DNA of 58,872 nucleotides, filler included, from Candidatus Rokuibacteriota bacterium (lineage in GTDB: Bacteria; JAUVQV01; DATDCY01), in assembly GCA_031406795.1 (NCBI GenBank). It is 4 parts of 4 records of this genome, joined end to end, with 100 filler letters (N's around TTAATTAATTAA, not from the genome) between each part and the next. Parts side by side here need not be neighbours in the genome. Positions count along the whole stretch, not along the records: positions 38,965 to 58,872 come from JANOHV010000267.1; 3 more parts are not named here. One strand, given 5' to 3'. The translations under genes were made by a program, and so were the position numbers. A model generated the notes under the pieces. It saw only the letters and a program-made list of their open reading frames with translations. It was not told the DNA's origin and ran no database searches. Each line of letters begins with the position of its first letter. Within the stretch, counting starts at the first letter, position 1. Shown here piece after piece: positions 55,880 to 58,872 of the stretch.

Positions 55880-56821
55880 CTAGAAATTGAAGTGCAGGCC
55901 GAGGCCGAGGTAGTCGATCTCGTCGGTGTAGAATTGACCGTTCGGCGAGTGCCCCTGGAAGTATTCGACGAGCACCTGAAGATTCCTCGTCCCGAGCCAG
56001 CGCTGGAACTCGAGCCCCGCCCGCAGCGACACATCCGCCGCCCAGGCGTTCTCCTCCCGGTACTGGACGTCGGCGGCCGCGATGGGGCGGATCCCCGACC
56101 CCGACCCCGGCCACGGGCTGCGGAACTCGAGGCCCGACTGCAGCGACAGGGGCTTCAGGGTGGACGGCTCCCGCTCGAAGATGGAGCCGCCGCCGACGCA
56201 CAGCCGCAGCACGTCTCCGAAGAACTCGTAGGAGAGCCGGAGGTCGACGGCCTGGTAACTCAGGTTGACGCGGTTGTCGCCGGAGTTGCTGAGGATGTAC
56301 TCGTCCCCGAGGTGGCTGCTCTGGTGGAACAGGCGGCCCAGGGCGGAGAACCGGTCCCAGCGGAAGCCGAGCACGACCCCGACGATGTAATCGGCGTTGA
56401 CCAGATCGCTCGACGGCGAACTGAGGTCGAAGAAAGAGAAGACACCGGCCTGTATTCCCGCCTCCCACCACGCCTTGCCGATCTTGTCGCGGTAGACGAT
56501 GAAGCTCTCGCCGAAGCTGACGGCTGCCACGCTGCCGAGCTTCGGATCGTCGAGGTACCCCTGGTAGGCGAGGGCAAAGTGGGGCCAGCGCGGGTCCGCG
56601 ATGAGCGGCTTGAAGAGATCGCCGCCCGGCAGAAATCCGATCGCGAGTTCCCGAGGCGCAGTCGCGTCGACCGTCCCGGCCGCGGCGTAGCCGGCGAGAG
56701 AGGCGTCGGTCGCGGTATCGGCCGCCCGTCCCGCCGGGGGCGCCGCGAGCACCAGCAGCAGGACCGCGCCCAACGCGAGGATTCGCTTCGCTTTCGTGTT
56801 CGAGTCGCGCGCAGCGTCCAT
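55880..56821 (-). CDS. DUF1207-like outer-membrane beta-barrel protein
   Basis: Signal peptide, LF.PLIADPRWP.F, LVNADY, R.FHQSSHLGDEY, G.SP.GQFY, C-terminal GLHFNF. Confidence 0.75.
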   Translation of the reverse strand: MDAARDSNTKAKRILALGAVLLLVLAAPPAGRAADTATDASLAGYAAAGTVDATAPRELAIGFLPGGDLFKPLIADPRWPHFALAYQGYLDDPKLGSVAAVSFGESFIVYRDKIGKAWWEAGIQAGVFSFFDLSSPSSDLVNADYIVGVVLGFRWDRFSALGRLFHQSSHLGDEYILSNSGDNRVNLSYQAVDLRLSYEFFGDVLRLCVGGGSIFEREPSTLKPLSLQSGLEFRSPWPGSGSGIRPIAAADVQYREENAWAADVSLRAGLEFQRWLGTRNLQVLVEYFQGHSPNGQFYTDEIDYLGLGLHFNF

Positions 56822-56822
56822 C

Positions 56823-57908
56823 TCAAACCACCGGCGGCGGGAAGTACCGCTCGAGGCGGGTGAAAAGCGACTTGTCCCCGTCGAGCCTGATCTCGCCGCT
56901 CGCCAGCGCTTCGCGGACGTCGATCTGCCGCATGAACACCTTGGCCCAGGTAGCCGCCGGGGTCGTCAAGCGCAGATCGCAGGTCGCGGATTTCTCCTGC
57001 GCCAGGGTCGCCTTGCCGTGGTCCACGCTCACGCGGAAGTGCCCGCCCGTGTCGGTGAAATCGAACTGCAGCACGAACCGCTTCTTCGCCGTGGCCACGG
57101 TATCGACACTGCGCACCATTTCGCTGAGCAGTACCCGCATGTCGCCCAGCACCAGCGCGCGCACCGCCGAGACGTCGAGCGCCCGGGGCCCCAGGCTGCG
57201 GGCATGCTCCCAGTAGATGTTGGCGTACTGCTGGAAGTGGTGCAGGTCGGACGACAGCGGCGTCGCGGCCCGGGCGGCCGTTTCGGCGGTGATCTCCCCT
57301 CGGGTGGCCAGTTCGATCCCCGCCTGTTCGAACGCCGTTTCGATCACCTTGATGGTCTTCGGCTTTGCCAGGTCGAACTGCAGCAGGTAGGACTCGGGCC
57401 GGATGATCCCCCCGGCCAGCTCCGTGCCGATCGCCGCGGCGAACAGTTCGAAGGCCTTCGTCGCGGCAGCGAAATTCTCCTCGCCGCGGAACGCGCCCAC
57501 CAGCAGATACGCGAGCTTCTTCGGCCAGTGCTCCGGGTCGCGCACCGTGTTGCGGATCAGTCCCCCCGGCGTGGGCACGAAGCCTTCCTTGGTCCAGGCG
57601 AAGGTCCGGTCGAGGAAGACCTTCACGAAGCTGCTCGGGCCGTAGGCGTTGAGAGGCGACAGGAACACGACGATGTCCGCCGCCTGGAATTTCTTCATGA
57701 CCGAGGGCATGTCGTCTTTGTGGATGCAGACGCCCGGGTGCACCAGCCAACAGCTGTAACACCCCACGCAGTGCTTGATCTGCAGCGCGCACAAGTCGAC
57801 CACGTCCAGCTCGGCGCCGCCGCTGCTGACTCCGGCCAGGAACAGTTTCGACAGACGTTGCGTATACCCGTTCTTGCGGGGGTTGCCCATGAGCGCGAGG
57901 ATCTTCAC
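56823..57908 (-). CDS. Iron-sulfur flavoprotein (flavodoxin-like) fused to SCP2 lipid-binding domain
   Basis: G.PRK.GYT, CVGCYSCW....G.C..KDDM, AD......P, K.FLDR; C-terminal LQF.F...G......D.G...L.G.I.LDGD (SCP2). Confidence 0.8.
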   Translation of the reverse strand: MKILALMGNPRKNGYTQRLSKLFLAGVSSGGAELDVVDLCALQIKHCVGCYSCWLVHPGVCIHKDDMPSVMKKFQAADIVVFLSPLNAYGPSSFVKVFLDRTFAWTKEGFVPTPGGLIRNTVRDPEHWPKKLAYLLVGAFRGEENFAAATKAFELFAAAIGTELAGGIIRPESYLLQFDLAKPKTIKVIETAFEQAGIELATRGEITAETAARAATPLSSDLHHFQQYANIYWEHARSLGPRALDVSAVRALVLGDMRVLLSEMVRSVDTVATAKKRFVLQFDFTDTGGHFRVSVDHGKATLAQEKSATCDLRLTTPAATWAKVFMRQIDVREALASGEIRLDGDKSLFTRLERYFPPPVV

Positions 57909-58378
57909 GGTTTCCCCTGCATCATGGCCAGGGTCAGGGTCCCCTTGGCGATCACCTTGCGCTTCACCATGGCTTCAACCTCGTAGGTGTAGAGTGCGCC
58001 GAAGTTCCGGTCGGCCCGGGCGGTCATTTCCAGGGTCTCCCCCGGATAGGCGGGATTGACGTACTTCATGTTCGCGGCGGCCAGGTGAAAGATCTCAGGA
58101 GTTTCGCTGGCCTCGCCACCCCTGAGCTGCTTGGTGAACCCCCAGAGCAGGCCGCTGGACTGGGCCAGCGCGTCCGTGACCAGCACCCCGGGCATGATCG
58201 CCAGCCCGGGAAAATGCCCGGCGAAGAACGCCTCGTCGGGCCTGATGAACCATTCGGTCGCGATCGTCTTGTCGGGCACCATCTTCGTCACCTTGTCCAC
58301 GAACAGGAAGGGCGGCCGGTGCGGCAAGATGGCACGGATCTGTTCCAGCGTGAACGAATGCGTCGTCGTGCCTTTCAC
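57905..58378 (-). CDS. 3-hydroxyacyl-ACP dehydratase (FabZ family)
   Basis: ILPHRPPFLFVD, FF.GHFPG..IMPGVL..DALAQ (Asp at the catalytic acid position). Confidence 0.88.
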   Translation of the reverse strand: MKGTTTHSFTLEQIRAILPHRPPFLFVDKVTKMVPDKTIATEWFIRPDEAFFAGHFPGLAIMPGVLVTDALAQSSGLLWGFTKQLRGGEASETPEIFHLAAANMKYVNPAYPGETLEMTARADRNFGALYTYEVEAMVKRKVIAKGTLTLAMMQGKP

Positions 58379-58394
58379 GCGCCACCCCGGCGGT

Positions 58395-58872
58395 TCACGA
58401 TTTCACTTCCCACACGGTCCCCTGATCGAGCTCACGCAGGTTCGCGCCGATCGCCCGTTCGACGCGCGCGATCAGCGACGCCAGCGTCTCCTTTTCCTGC
58501 AAGCGCACGGGCTCCAGAAACCGCAACGTGAAGTTGATGGTGCGCGGCGGGAAGATGCTGCCCGGCCGCTTGGCCATGAACGGCAGGTCGGACTGCAGCA
58601 CCACGGGCACGATCGGAACGCCCGCCGAGCGGGCCAGCCTGAAGGCGATATCGCGAAACGGCAGCAGCCGCCCGGTGACCGAACGCGTCCCCTCGGGAAA
58701 GACGATGATGTTGCGCCCGGCCGCCAGCACACCCTGCGCCCGCTGCACGGCGGTGGTCAGGGAGCTGAGCGAGCCGGCTTCCACGCTGATGAAATCCATG
58801 TACTTGACGAAGCCCGAATACAGCACGTTGCGGCCGTAGGCGGCCTTGATGATCACCGCGGAGTCGGGCACC
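58395..58872 (-). CDS. PlsC-like acyltransferase (start lies beyond the window)
   Basis: IIVFPEGTRS..G.L.PF...AF.LA......IVPV. Confidence 0.85.
   Translation of the reverse strand, partial: VPDSAVIIKAAYGRNVLYSGFVKYMDFISVEAGSLSSLTTAVQRAQGVLAAGRNIIVFPEGTRSVTGRLLPFRDIAFRLARSAGVPIVPVVLQSDLPFMAKRPGSIFPPRTINFTLRFLEPVRLQEKETLASLIARVERAIGANLRELDQGTVWEVKS

Noticed and set aside
1-58872. CRISPR array, tRNA, rRNA, integrase or complete IS element
   Set aside because: No regularly spaced repeats, cloverleaf/rRNA signatures or catalytic transposase/integrase domains recognised by eye; a covariance-model scan would be needed to exclude small RNAs

Overview
High-GC (visually ~65-70%) Gram-negative, anaerobe-type bacterial DNA with Desulfobacterota/Geobacter-like gene content. 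It consists of FOUR separate contigs joined by artificial 100-nt N-TTAATTAATTAA-N linkers (12531-12630, 20123-20222, 38865-38964), so adjacency across the linkers is meaningless. Contig A (1-12530): amtB; an IS630-derived HTH-only gene; a pentaheme cytochrome c that reads through an in-frame UGA followed by a SECIS-like hairpin (ExtKL-type selenoprotein); a DUF2318 lipoprotein; a solitary nik/cbiMN preceded by a GTGTTAC direct repeat and a Cys/His-rich SbtA-like peptide; a sigma54/IHF-driven porin; nadE, a GATase and an output-less sensor. Contig B: cupredoxin, DUF4079, DUF502, PBP1A, a spermidine-synthase-like membrane protein and a Tat-signal AmrS radical SAM enzyme. Contig C: hybrid histidine kinase, menFDHBCE plus a thioesterase separated from it by a lower-GC XRE-ImmA/PIN islet, a GldAFG-like ABC system and an ECF sigma/anti-sigma pair. 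Contig D: two convergent lipid-biosynthesis arms (KS/CLF, three B12-radical SAM enzymes, GT2-DUF2062, acyltransferases, FabZ, flavodoxin-SCP2 fusion) flanking an accessory region with TA modules, an hsdR remnant and a 1324-aa topoisomerase III-RecQ-HRDC fusion. The best candidates for an undescribed or poorly described system are the TopB-RecQ fusion, the selenoprotein/nickel/peptide locus, the B12-radical SAM lipid cluster and a HigA-ImmA protein carrying a VapB-like tail. All family assignments come from motif recognition by eye; no searches were run.
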